Shown one piece after another: positions 11,697 to 25,316 of a stretch of 64,000 nucleotides of DNA. Each line of letters opens with the position of its first letter. Positions within the stretch are counted from its first letter, which is position 1. Under the pieces are notes generated by a model. The model was not told where the DNA came from and did no database searches. It saw only the letters and a list, made by a program, of their open reading frames with translations. Source of the DNA: Auanema rhodensis (Eukaryota; Animalia; Nematoda); NCBI GenBank assembly GCA_964057225.1, contig OZ059898.1, positions 4,588,001 through 4,652,000 of the forward strand. Reading direction: 5' to 3'. A program made the translations under genes and the position numbers.

Positions 11697-14600
11697 ACGA
11701 CGAAGACAATAATTTCAATTTGTCATATCTGTAAATACTCAAAGTCCAGATATCGTATCTTCTCTATCTCTCTCAGTACGTAGGTGTTCTTTGTATGGCA
11801 CTTTGGGCTGCATCAGCTTACTTTTTCGATGATTTCTTTATGAATTCTCTCTCACTTCACGATTCTCTATCGGTTTCCTCATTTTGAATTTTCCGTTGTC
11901 AATCTGCTTTCTGTAATATCCGATATATTATCGGCTCATTCATTTTGCAAGAGTCATAAATCATTGTAAACAATAATAATATTAATTATTGTAAAAGTAA
12001 TTTTATAGATAGTGACACTGTACCGTATCGGTAAGGTATGTCTTGTAAATTTTTAACTGGAATTTCTTTTTATAGAATTGCTTGTGTATTTGATACAGGT
12101 CTTAATTTCGACGTTTGTGCTAAGACTCAATAATAATAAATATTTTTATAATTTATACTATATTCTGTTTCTGTTTAAAGGATAATACTAAGTAATTTTA
12201 ATTCATAAATAATAATAAGAATAGAATTTAGTCGTTATCTTTTGAAAATCTAAATAAAATTGAGCCTTCATAAGCCTTCAACCAACTATTGAATATGCTA
12301 TATTTCTTTTTTCAAGCAAGAATTTCGAAATCAATATTTGTATATAACTTGTGCCATACTTTATTTTTATTTTTAATTCATCAAAGTAATATATATTTTA
12401 ATTATCTTCTTCTCAAATTATTATTTTTTGGATGGAGTCTGTTTTATGTTCATGTTAGAAACCACTGATATCAGAATAATAGCGGAAATGACCGTAGGAC
12501 TTAGTCTTATTACATCATTATTTGTAATAGATTTTTGACATTTTTACTCGAACTTTTTGAACCCACAAGTCCTAATTCTTACATTCTTACGTTCACTAAA
12601 CATTAAATGTTATATTATTTCTATATTCTTTGTACAACCATTTTTATACTGCATACCTATGTCATTTTCTTTGTTCTTGATGTTGTATTTCTCTCTGTCA
12701 GTCATCTCACTTGTTTTCAAATGCTTTCAATTAAATCGGTATAAGAACATTTCAAAGTTCGGGAAAAAATGCTTATTTCCTCCCAAATTAGCGATGTAAC
12801 GTTTACTCGTTCCAAAAATTTCCGTGCAGCATGTTATGTAGTCTAGTTGTTTACTATTGCGTCATTTTAACGTGAACATCATTATTCATCGGTTGTATAT
12901 GCTGTTTAAATATAGCTGTGAGAGTTTTTTTTATTTCGAACAAGAATTTGTTTGATGTTCCCTTATTTCATTTGGTTTATGTCTTAAAAGCTCTTCAACT
13001 TGTCTAGTTATTATGTTAGGTAAGATTGTAGTTTTTCAATATTTTTTTATCATTGCAAATTGACAATATCATGTACTATACTGATCTTGTTAACGTTCTT
13101 CTTTCATAACAAATTGTCATCTAACTGCCATTTTGTTCGTTGATTTCCTACTTTCTTTATTACATTATTTAAGATTGCTGTAGTTATGCGCATAACTGTC
13201 AAGTGAACCCAATTTGCACCCAGATCAATTTTATAGCCTATTGCCATACTTGGCCAGTCACATGTTAATCACGTGATGCCCTTCTTACTCTCGTGTCTGT
13301 GGCGTCCTGTTCTCTGTTGTACTGGCTAGGCTGACTCCCTCACCCTTTTTGCATTTCTCACATCTCTCTTTTTCTCTATTATTCTCCCTTGTTTTCTCTT
13401 CTCTATTACTTTCTATAATTCCATTTTGAATAACGTAAAACATTGTAGATATTGAAACAATGCTAGAAGATGTTTCTTTTCTCTGTTCATCAAGTATTTT
13501 TCATATATGAAAGAAATACATGGACCTTATAAGTCGATATTTCTTCGTGTAGCGAAAAAAAACAGAAACAAACTCGTGGCATTTCATGACGCGTTCAGCT
13601 AAAAATATGTCTGTGTATTCTAGCATAATGCTGTTTTTTAAGCATTTTTGCTCCATTCCTCTGTTTTGTTCATAAACTTTACTATACTATTTTTAAATCC
13701 ACAATATTAATATGTTGCAAAATCATATGTTTAGTATCAAGCAAATCTTAATAGTTTTTCAACCCTCACTTTCCAACCCTCTGCCACATCGTGTTTTGTT
13801 TGTTGTTTTGCAGGATTGCTCCTTGTTTCCTCCATCCCCGCTTCGTTATTTCTTTGTCCAACATTATATTTCTTTCTTTGGAATCGAAATGAAATTGGCA
13901 GGGAATTGCTGAAAAAGATTAAAAGAGATGACATGAAAAAGCCAGCGTAGTTTACCACATTAATTTGTACGAAGTGATTACGATGGTTTTACGTGTTTAA
14001 CTAAGATTGTCTTGCGTATTTTTTAACAGTTGTATCTTCACTTTTAAACTATGTGTTCTTACAGCTAGTTCTGTCTACACCAAAAGTTTAGAGGTCAATA
14101 TCTTGTTAAATGTGAAGAGGCATATTCTGTAAACTTTGCATGCTTAGCAAAAAAAGATTTATGAAATACTTCAAGATGTAAGCTCCAGCTATTTAGCAAC
14201 TTCTTTTTTCAATCTTTTTTAACCAGTTATATCGGTCTCGCATTTTATACCCGTCTATTACTTCTCTCATGTTTCGTTTCTTTGTTAGTTATTGACAACT
14301 TTGTTTATCAGACATATAGCTAGGAAGGCCAAAACTATTCCCTTGTTGTCTTTTTGCTTTTGTATACTTTTTGATTTCAATATGTGTTTTTTGAGTGAGA
14401 CTAATCCTTTCATGAGTTTCAATACATAGTGTTTCCATCAAAAAGTTTTCCATACTGGCAATTGAATTTTAAGTATTTTTTAATATTACTTCTATTTCAA
14501 ATTGATTTATATACTTTCTAGTGTTTTAAAACACTTTTATTGGATATCGAACGATTACAAGTTTAAAAATCGATCAAGTTTATGATACACTTATTTAGCT

Positions 14601-14927
14601 TTCTATGATAGTATTGCTTCGTTCAAACGCTTTTGTTTTTCTTTATTCTGCTACAATGTTTTCAATGCAACATTATAAAATAATTTTCTCAAAACTAGAT
14701 AAGCCGAGTTAATATGAAGGTTGTTTGCTTTTATCATTTTCACCACAACAACTGTTGCCAATATGCTTCTACTGAAATGCTTATATCATGCTGGATGATG
14801 CCACTGTTTCTGGATTTTTGTTGATATGCATAGTTTCCTTTTTTTCAATCTTTACTTTTGTGTGTTCTATGTTCATTTTATCGTCACTTGGTTCTGTGGT
14901 TAGACTGAAATGATAATATTTTCTAGG

Positions 14928-16033
14928 ATGACGGGTAATGCCTTACCGCCGACTACGTCAGACCTCACTAATAAGTAAGCTTTCTTTTAATTTATTAGCT
15001 TATTTGTTAATTTTCAGTAATGATGTCTGTAAGGAAATTTTCCATGTCCCAGGATTTTGTAAATATTGCGGGGAGAAAGAATTAGAGAAACAGGAAACTG
15101 ACAAGTCTTCTACTAGAAAAATAGATAACGGGTACGAATACATGAAAATGAGATGAGTTCCCATGATACCTCTTAGGTTTTATCTTAATATCATTATTGG
15201 AAATTCGATTGATCTTCAAATGAATAGCTCTCAAAGGTATATATCGTTTCCGATTTTTACAGATGAAGCGTACTCATTTACAGGTTAAATTTCAAAAAGG
15301 ATTATGAGAATTTTAAACTCAGGGTCACTCTTGTCAATCTGGTGTTACTCACTATAACTCTAGTTTTTCCATCCAGGTTTTGAAATATATATGCATATCA
15401 GTTTTCTCAATATAGTTTTAAAGACCAATGGATGCTATATGTCATTTCTTAATGGTGTGGTACTACTGTACGTTAACTATTAGAGAGAATATTCTAATCA
15501 TCAATGGATCAAAGTAAATTTTTTTTCTTCTATACTTTAATAATATTTCTATTTAGAATACATTGGTGGTGGGTAGCGCATCATTATCTAGCTTGTGTCG
15601 TGGGAGGTGTAGCTTTGACTTGGCCAGATGACGAAGCTTATCATGTATATTCATTAAGCTTTTATTTTAGTATATCTAGGGAATTTACAGGAATTTCGTC
15701 CACAATTTATCATGTTCACGGGATATATTTGTCTGGTGCAACAGTTGCAATACCAATATCAAAAGGGTTGTATAAGACGATTGCATGCTTTGGGTCAAGG
15801 AGATACCATGGATATTACATTAGGTGAGTTCTACGTTGAACTATTTTCAATTTCAATTTTTTTCAGAAGGCTTTGCAAGCTGGATGTTCCAAGGTCTCAC
15901 ATTCTTGTTACCGTTTCTCATGCTTGCTTATATCTTTGAAATTTACAATGCCTATTGTTTGTTAGTCATTTGGCAACGGCAACAATGTGTTTGGCAGGTG
16001 AATTGTTTATCTTTTCTTACAAAACTGTCGAAC

Positions 16034-16065
<32 letters not shown>

Positions 16066-16298
16066 AGTATTGATAGGTTGACAAATAGAACTTATATTAA
16101 TCTCTATTGTACCAACTTTTTTAATTCCAGGTTCTAGCATTAGCTATTTTATTCGTTCTTGTGGGAACAGGCAATATATTCTTCGTTGCAATGGTTTTAG
16201 CACGAAGAATGTCTGAAACTGCAAAGAACCGAATAGATTCTATCATTAGGAAGCATCCTTCTTTGGAGAAGTTATTACTTGAACGGAAGGATGAATAA
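14928..16298 (+). CDS. tmem-120: TMEM120 (TACAN/TMPIT) family membrane protein
   Basis: Spliced translation contains [69 protein letters not shown] and [23 protein letters not shown]. Stop TAA at 16296-16298. It may be a paralog rather than the 1:1 ortholog. Confidence 0.9.
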
Positions 16299-16470
16299 GA
16301 AATTTTGCTTTGAGCACGGTGTAAATATCTGTATAATAGTATTGAGATGTCTATAAACTTTTTTTATTGAACATTAAACAATATAAATTTTCTTGATTGG
16401 ATCTTATGATCTGTTCTAAAACATCAGACCATACAAAATTTTAAAAAATTGAAAAGGAAAATTTAAAATT

Positions 16471-17351
16471 TTAAGATGTTGCATTATAACCTTGCGTTAG
16501 AAACAAGGTATGAGAAGCAAGAAGCTGTTGCGTTGTAGAAGCATTTGGGTAAATATATGAAGGATAATCTAATAACGTTTGAACGTTAACGTAAGGTTGA
16601 AAACTAGGATTATTCAACAGCTGGCTTTCACCTATAATTATAAAAGTATGACTATATGATTGTATAACGAAGAAACTTACACATTGAAAAGGATGGCACA
16701 GATTTGGACACAAATGGTTGAGAATAGTGAGTAACAGAATCTTCAGCCTGCAGTATCGAATTAGCATCAAATATCAGAAATAAATCGGAACCTTTAACTT
16801 TCGAACGAGGAAATCAATGTGGTTTATCGCTGCTCGCAATATTTTAAGTTTAGAAACTCGTTTTGTATGTGATCTTATTTCCGGTATATGTGTTTTCAAA
16901 ACCATAAATGCCTTTAAAACTAAAGATGGAAAAGTCTTGAATAGCCATTTACCTGGTTTACTGTATGAACACGGGTTCGTTCTCTGGCATTCCTTTTGGC
17001 TACTACATTTACGATATTTCCATTTGAAGCAGGCACAATTAAACGATCAGAGTTATTAAAAAGCCCTGAAAACGCGTTTTACGGAAAACGTATTACAAAA
17101 ACGAGTGAAAGACAAATGAGGAGATTATATCCATATATGATATATGGCACATGCTATATCTAGGGATGGATACCTGTTTCTTGAGGTGGACAGTGAGAAG
17201 TCGCTCCAGATGATGAAGGTGTACATGCTTTTGATATACTTTGTTGTTCACTATCTTGATCACAATTCTGATGATAAAGTAAATGAAATTGGGAACTCCG
17301 TTGGCAATCTAGATCAACGTGAATCTGGGACACAGGTATATCTTCAAACAT
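16471..17351 (-). CDS. hlh-4: Achaete-scute class bHLH transcription factor, HLH-4-like
   Basis: Exons 17351-17174, 17065-16953, 16911-16792 plus two 3' exons. The bHLH reads VVAKRNARERTRVHTVNQ|AFMVLKTHIPEIRSHTKRVSKLKILRAAINHIDFL, matching the C. elegans HLH-4 basic region as I recall it. Stop at 16471-16473. Confidence 0.85.
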
Positions 17352-17663
17352 TGAAATACAGTGCTGATATAATATCAGAGAAATGGCTCGATAATAAATA
17401 TAAGCCTTCACACAGATTAGTTGTTGCTCGAGTCAGAACCGAATTGGTTTACCGTATGAGGTAGCAGAATAGCTTAATGCGACAGGTGCTTTTTGGATTT
17501 GCTCTCAGATAATAGAATAAATAATGTGCTCTTCAAGAGATCACCTATTACAGCAACTTTATTTTGACAGAACAAGTTGTGAAGAAACGTAATACAACAG
17601 AATTTTTTTCGGCATTTTAATAAAACGACAAAGAAATTATTATATAACACAAATATATATATA

Positions 17664-18644
17664 TTAGAACAAGGAATCCATATTTCCTCGGGTAGATTTG
17701 AAAGAAAATTGGTTACTTCTTGAAGAGACGGTTTCGAACTTTTTAGCAACTGAAATTTATATATAACCTAGATTCTTAATTTAAATGAACACCTGTATCT
17801 TGAGATGATCCAGACATACTAATTCGCTTAAAACCTTGTAATCCCTTCTTAGCAGCCTTGTTATTAAATTTTTGCCAACTACTCTTTTCGGCTTCCTAAA
17901 ATAATAAAAATGAGCTCGTAATTAACAAAAACCCTCACCTTAGCCGATTCCATTTCTTTCTTTTTAATTTCCTTTTTCTGGGCTTTCAGCCTTCTTTTTT
18001 CTCTTTCCATCTAAAAAACCTCAACATTTCAGAATAACATAAGTTAACACACCTGCCATTCTTTCTTATTTTGAGCATTCACTCTTTGCTTCTCTTTATC
18101 GAAAACATATTTCTTTCCACCATCGGGAGCTACACCCAAATCAGAAGGATCGACAATAGTTTTCTGCCCACTGTCTGTAATGTTTTTGACAATGATGAAA
18201 ACATAACACTATCCCACTCACTGATAAATGTTATAGCATATCCTGCGGATGTTATGCTGTTTACAACAGCTACAGCTTTGTTTCCTGTAGGTAAAGGAGC
18301 CATTACACGATCTCCTAACTAAAAAAGCTAGTTTAAAATTATTTTATTATCTAGGACATACTTCAAATGTCCTAACTGGAGCCGCAAGCATCGCAGTTGA
18401 TGTAGGTTTATCTCCTTCTATTAATTCTTCCTAAGAAAACACAATTAAGATAAATTTACGTATTGAGCAAACCTGCAGTGATATTATCTCATTTAAGTCT
18501 ACTTTCAATTTCAGCAATTCGTCATTCTGAGGGTCACCTAGAAGAGCAGCCTCAACCTAAAATAACCAAATTGAAAATACATCATTTATAAATACATCAT
18601 ACCTGTTGCAATTGAAGCTTGAAATTTGCTAATTCATCAGCCAT
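17664..18644 (-). CDS. smr-1: SPF30/SMNDC1 splicing factor (SMN-related, Tudor domain)
   Basis: MADELANFKLQLQQ|VEAALLGDPQNDELLKLKVDLNEIISLQ..., Tudor-like LGDRVMAP...AITF, a lysine-rich coil, SSWQKFNNKA, and C-terminus FKSTRGNMDSLF*. Confidence 0.9.
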
Positions 18645-20161
18645 TGTGAGAACTAAAAACAAACAAAAATCTTTAAAACCTTATATGTAATAATTCAATA
18701 ATATTAATTTATAAAGACAAAAACGAAATAGACAAACAATTTGATTCCGCCAATTATTAGGGACAAGAGATTAAATACTTTTTTACTGATGCTATGATTC
18801 ATTGATGTAGCTCTAATATGAATATGCGATTCATGAAAATAACTACTTCACAATAAACTTTTGAATGAATTTCGAATAAACGATATGCTGAAAAAATTCT
18901 TAAAGAGAAATTTAATTTTTTTCCAATGGTTTTAATATACTAATTATTGTTTTGAAGAAAATTAAGAATAATTCATAGTGAAATTATATACTCTACCTGA
19001 TTAACTATTTTATTTCAAATAAATAATGAAATATATGCATAAAAGGGATATATAAAAATTTTAATTCCAAAAAGACGCTTTGTTACGTATATTTATTTCC
19101 TTTATCAGAAACCAACCACATATATTGCGTACATACATAATTGGCGAACTACTCATCGCAATGTGTTCGTGGAACAAAACCTTTGTTGTATAAGTGTTTG
19201 GATGTTCTTTCTTCTTTTCCCAATTTGTATTCCATTATTTATGCTTAATCAATATGAAGAGCCATCATGCTTACGTATTGATTCTATTTGAATCATAACG
19301 TTAATTTTTGATTTTGAATTTTAAGTTAAAACTTAACTGGCATTATACATTAACTCCTAATAACTCTAAACTTTGTTTATTGCGCTATAAGATATTATCC
19401 TCATAATTGGTTTTTTCTATAGAGTCTCCTATATCTTGTTTATATTCTGCACTTTTAGTTTATAGTTTTGTCCCTGTGTCTTCAAGATGATAAGTTTTTC
19501 TTCAGTCTGATTTGCTTTACGCTAGTCAATAATTGCACTCAATTCTCTTTTGGCTTCTATTGGTCTGTTCTATATTTGAAAGAATTGTCGCCCCTTTAAG
19601 AAATGGTGCCCAATTTAAAAATGTTCGTCCGTTGAAACACTCGCTTCTTCTGATCACCGCTCCTCATTCTCTTCATGTTTCACAATATTAAATTCGACGT
19701 TTCTTTTCCATGATGTTTTGTTATACGCCAAGCAATTGAAACATGTGATAGGCTTTGCTTTTTCACTCCCCTCCTTAAAACTTGTTCTTGTTTCATATAG
19801 TACGCATGTAAACTATCACAAATTTTCATTAGATTTTTTTAAAGCCTCAATGTTGTAAACTCCTTGTGTCACACGAACGTCCCCTTTGCTCTGTAGATTT
19901 TGTGTACCCTTCGCATTGAATAGTATTTGTCCGTATTCTACTAAGGTCTTGTGTCCGGCGGTTTCCGTTTGCCTTTCCTTGGTTTTTCTCCGCCTTTCCT
20001 CCTCCTACAAATGAACGATCATATTTGAAGGTCATTCCTTGCTCACATTTACCTTAATTTGACACATGTATATATTGCTTTCATAGAATTGTTGTTTGAA
20101 CTAAAGTCAATGTTATTCTTTGAAATGTTTTTTTTTCAAATGGAATGTTCCAGTTGTGTTG

Positions 20162-23100
20162 ATGGTGGCTGGGGCCCGTACGGGTGTTCCCCTGCTGGCA
20201 GGTCTCATTGCGGGACTTTGCACGTCTTTCCTTCTCCTTTCACCTGTAGATGAACCCATATCAACTTGTCCTCCGCAACAGGAGAGACAATTTGTTGATG
20301 TTAGTGAACACTGGAAAGTTCATGTAGATGCGAAACCAGCTTCTAACATATCGTCAACTTCGAATGACCAAGGACAGAAGGTGATTCAATTTTGAATTCC
20401 TATGTTATGTCTTACGTGTTAGGTGGTCCGTGCGAGATTTGCTGCTACGGAACTAGGAATGAGGGACCGATTAGTTGTTGCTGTATTAGCAGAGTCATCG
20501 TTAGCAGTAGCCTTAAATGCTTCTGTTGGGAAACATGTACCAAGGTACCACTTATGAAATTATGATTAAGGTTTATTGCTTTTCATAGAATTCATTTATT
20601 CGCCGACAGTGCTCGTATTGATAGTGATATGGCTCAATTGACCAATTTAAGCCCATATCCTCTCAGGTATTTTGCTTATTCTTGACCATATCTATGTACG
20701 TTCTTGTTCAGTGATAGTAGAAATATTGGTCAAAAATCGCATTATTTCGTGTTGGGGTTAATGTTCAATATGGTATGTTTTTGTTTTAACTATTTAAAAA
20801 ACACATTAATAGACTAAACATCTTACAGTTAAAAAACAATTAAGTGAGTTCAATGTTGTTTATTGACGTTGTTTTGTGAAATTTGTACTGAAAGAATATC
20901 TTTGTACAATTTTTTATTTGTTCCGAATTTATAGAGTATGCACGATAACTATGACTGGTTTTTGTTGGTGAAGGATTCTACTTATGTGAATCCTTTTGAG
21001 CTAAAGCGATATGTGGACAGTGTATGTTGCTTTTTTATATTTATCAGGTTGCATCTCCTCTTCAGATCAACTGGAATAAACCAGTTCTGATCGGTCAACC
21101 TGACACTGATGGAAGATGTGTTATGGAATCGGGAATTTTACTCAGTAATCCTGCATTGCAGTTACTCATCAAGTATGCTTTTAGCTTTTTCAGTTAATTA
21201 TCTTCTTAATTTAGAAACCGTCATATATGTAATGAAATGACGGCTGGAATTGATTCAGACCAACTTTCTTTTGAAAAATGTATTATGTTTGCTACCAATT
21301 TAACCTGTACAAACTCTTATCAGGTTTGTTGTTTTGCTGAATCTTCAATTTCCATGATTGTTCAGAATGTTGATTTCAATATTTGGAAAGTTGAAGGACA
21401 TGCAGCTCACGATAATATCAATAATTGGAAAAACCATCCTCTTTTTAATAAATCAGTTACTGTCACCAAGCTTTTATCAGAAGCTGATGCTGCAGCGTTA
21501 CATGATCATTTTATTAGAGTTGAAATGGCTGAGTACTGCTTCGAAACCAATAATGTTAGTAATTCGGTATTCTTAGGTTGGATAAGTCGATTAGTGAAAT
21601 GGAAAAAGAAGTTTCTGAACTGATGAGTCAAACTAAAGAAGGACCTACTTGGCCAGCTGCAATGCCAAGTTACAGTAAACCACCTAATAGATACCAAGTA
21701 AGTTACAAAAAAAAACAATGGCTTTTATTTTTCTAGGTGTCCACATGGGAATTTTTCACTATGAGAGATATTTTCCGCAACGAACAAAATCAGAACGTCA
21801 GGCCTCTCCAAGGGAAAGATCTCGATGATGTCATTGAGGTTAATCACACTTTTTATCTAAATATTAATATGAATGATTCAGGTTTTTCAAGCTGCTAGGC
21901 GACATGCAGAAAGCGAAGAGCCTGATTTGGAATTCGTTCAAATGAGAAATGGATATAGGTAGTGCGCCAAGTTTTATGATTTTCCTTCATTTATTATTCT
22001 TTAGACTTTTTGACCCACAAAGGGGAATGGATTATATGATTGACTTAGTATACAAAAAAGCAAATGGTGATATTGTAGATCGTCGAGTTCATCTTTGCCG
22101 TATGATTGCTTCTACCCAACTTTTAAATCAGGTTCCTTATGTAAAAGAAGACACTGATATTACTATTGTTGTTCCACTTAATCTTGGTACAGTTTACGTT
22201 TACCAATTAATTTGATTGTTTTGATGTTTTCAGAAACTGAAGTATATCCTGCACGAAGATTATTAGCTCATCAAGCACGGCTTTGTCTCGCAGCAGTGGA
22301 AGAAACAAGAAAAACGCGAGTAGTTATCGCCGTTTCTCAGGAAATAGACCCTAGATCAGTATCAAATATTAGAAATGATCTTGTTGAACTCAAGAAAAGG
22401 TGAGTGCTTTGATTCCCGAATATAATTTTAGTTTTCAATAATTAGATGTCATCGATCCGCATTAGAAGCTGATATTATATCCGTGAGGGCTGCTGAAAAT
22501 TCCAGCCCAGTAAGCGCAGCTTTAGACGAATCAATCGATCGTTATGGACCAAATACCATTTTCGTTATTTTATCTCCCCATGCAGATATTCAAAGAGAAT
22601 TTCTGGATAGAGTTCGTATCAATACAATCCGGAAGTATCAAGTAAGATCTAACTAATACATACCTTATACAAAAATATTTTTAAAGGTGTTTTTCCCTCT
22701 ACCATTTGTTGAATACCACCCTACTATTTCTGGAATGGATGTTAATGAAAATGAAGTACTATACCTTTTAATTTATTTCTGAAAACAAATAGTTTTCAGG
22801 TTCCTTCTGATCCTCAAGAGGCGAGAGATCAGGCATTAAATCGTTTAAGAGAACTTGGATCTTTTAAACGTAAAAGAGCTTTATTAGTTCAAAAGGTTTT
22901 TTTTGTTTTTATGTACTTTTTTATACAAAAAAATACTCAGGATCATGGCCGTTTCGATAGCCTTGATTTCACATGTGCTGCCATGTATGGTTCCGACTAC
23001 GTTGCACTACGACATAAACTAGCCGGAAAACGACTTGATTTGATTTCTGTCTTTTTGGGTCAAGAGGACATTCATGTGTTACGGGCAGTAGAACCAACTT

Positions 23101-23276
23101 TACGAATTAGGTAAGAAGATAACACGCTTTATAATAAAAAAAATGTTCTTAGATACTATCAGAGATCTTGTGATGCAGAATTAGCTGAAGAAGACTATGG
23201 TCGGTGTACCGCAAGTAAACGTGAAAATGTTGCTGCCAAGGATCAGCTAGCTAAACTGTTATATCAAGAACAATGA
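20162..23276 (+). CDS. mig-22: Chondroitin polymerizing factor (CHPF / chondroitin synthase 2)
   Basis: Type II signal anchor MVAGARTGVPLLAGLIAG; RARFAATELG; HVPRIHLFADSARID; YDWFLLVKDSTYVNPF; FDPQRGMDYMIDL; FLDRVRINTIRKYQVFFPLPFVEYHP; HGRFD. Stop TGA at 23274-23276. Confidence 0.93.
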
Positions 23277-25316
23277 GCTTCCTTTACGAAAATCTCAACT
23301 TAATCTTATATTAACAAGATTGATTTCCAACAAAACAGAAGGGTAACTAGGATATATTAATTCTCGGCAACTATCTCTGCATATGAATATTTCTACGAGT
23401 TACCGAACAATTAATACTTTTCCAATGACATTCTACATATTACTATGTAAAGTTTTATTTTTTGTCTTTCTTTTAATTTGCCATGTCACAGAGTTTTACA
23501 TAGCATAATATTCATTAATTAGTGCATTTAAAAATCTCCTTTGCATAATCTTGTCAATATTCACTCATCTTGCCTGGATTAACTATTACATGTGATTTGA
23601 TGCCTTATATTCTCGCAATTCTCTCATTTTGCATTTTATATGTATTATTTTTTGATTTCTATGTTTTAGATTTAATAAATAGAATTTTATTTGGCTCTTA
23701 TTCCTTTGAATAATTTGGAAAATTAGATTGGAAACACGTATTCGGTTTCAAACGATCAGACTGATTAATAACAGATTATTAAAATTCGTTGACGTGAGAG
23801 GTATTCCATCTCGATCTTGCATTTTTTAAAGATTTGACTTATTATGAAAGCTATTTACAAGTAGTTTTCAACAATATCTATTAATTAATTACTTATTTAT
23901 CATATATTTCAAAGATCATGTTGATGTACTTGATTTAATGTTTTCATATATTGTTCTGAATAATATATAAAAAGTGTAACTAATAAAATAAGTTATATTT
24001 GAGATGGCTCTTATGCTTTTGTACTTCATATTCTCCTGGATTTGAAAGAAAATATTTAAATTTGAATTTGATCGCCCTTCTACTGTTTTTTGATTTTAAA
24101 GTTGATCGTTGTTAAAGTTGTAATGGAAATTTTGTTATAACATAGTTATATACAAATATGAAAAACAATAAAAGAACATATAATCTATAACGGCTATTAT
24201 TCTTATATAACAACTATATAATATAAGAATCTAGAAGTTATGATCATAGACAAATTTGAATGATTTTGATGTTGTATGATATATGCAAAATTCATTTTTC
24301 ATTTTCAGTTATGACAAAAAATGTATATATTACTATCTCTAATCAATAAATATCTCATTCTTATTTAATAATTTATGAATATCTAAATGTCTCTATCTAT
24401 CTATATTTTTATTCTTTAATTTAAGCACCAAAACCTCTTTGATTCTATCAGTAAAATCTTATTGTTGTAGATCTTTTTAAAATCATTTCCTAGTTATACG
24501 TGACTATGTGACTAAATTAAAACTATTTCAGTTATTAATAATACTAAATTCATTCATTCATTCATATTAATAATATACATACTGATATATATATATATAT
24601 AAAGATGTATTCGAGCGTTAATTTTAAAATCATTATACCACCCCCTCTATCTCTCTCTCTCTATCTCTCTCTCTCTATCTCTCTCTCTCTATCTTGTATA
24701 TATGTATATGAGAAATGTGAATTTGATAATTAATACAAATCAATTGAGATGAATGCAACCAGTTCATAGTTAGAATAAATTTAAAAATAAATTAAATTAA
24801 ATCAAAAGTTATAATACACGTGTATATAATCTTAATATATGATATAGTTAATGTAATATAAGAGTGGACATCATTTCAATTTTGAATATCTAAGTAGAAT
24901 ATTTTGCAGAAATATAATAAGAATGCTAAAAATCTGTAAAATTTCCGTTTTTGCTAAGATATTTTTTTCAAATATACTGTAATGTGTTTTTTAGTAATTT
25001 TAAATATTTGTTTTTTATGTAATTATTTTGTATAAATTAGAGAAGTTGTTTGAAATATAACAGAAAAAATAAAGATAAGATGCCTTATCTGACGCATGGG
25101 AATATGGGGATATACAGCTTCATACTTAACAAATGAATTGCAAATTTGTTTTGTTGATTTCAATTGCATATAAGATCACACGAAGTATTCTCCACAATCA
25201 ACGAAATTCTCATGACGTGTTCATAGGTCCCTTTATCTCTGAATTGTCTTAGTATATATCTTTCCCTCTGTTTGTCATTTATATGTTTGAAATAATATTT
25301 TTGTAATTCAAGGTTG

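Noticed and set aside
13734-13950. 71-codon open frame after a TTTAG acceptor (YQANLNSF...KKPA*) with a hydrophobic middle
   Set aside because: No start exon or family motif found; the hydrophobicity is explained by T-rich leader composition upstream of tmem-120.
16817-17464. Plus-strand ORFs of 80 and 106 aa
   Set aside because: They are antisense shadows of the hlh-4 exons on the minus strand.
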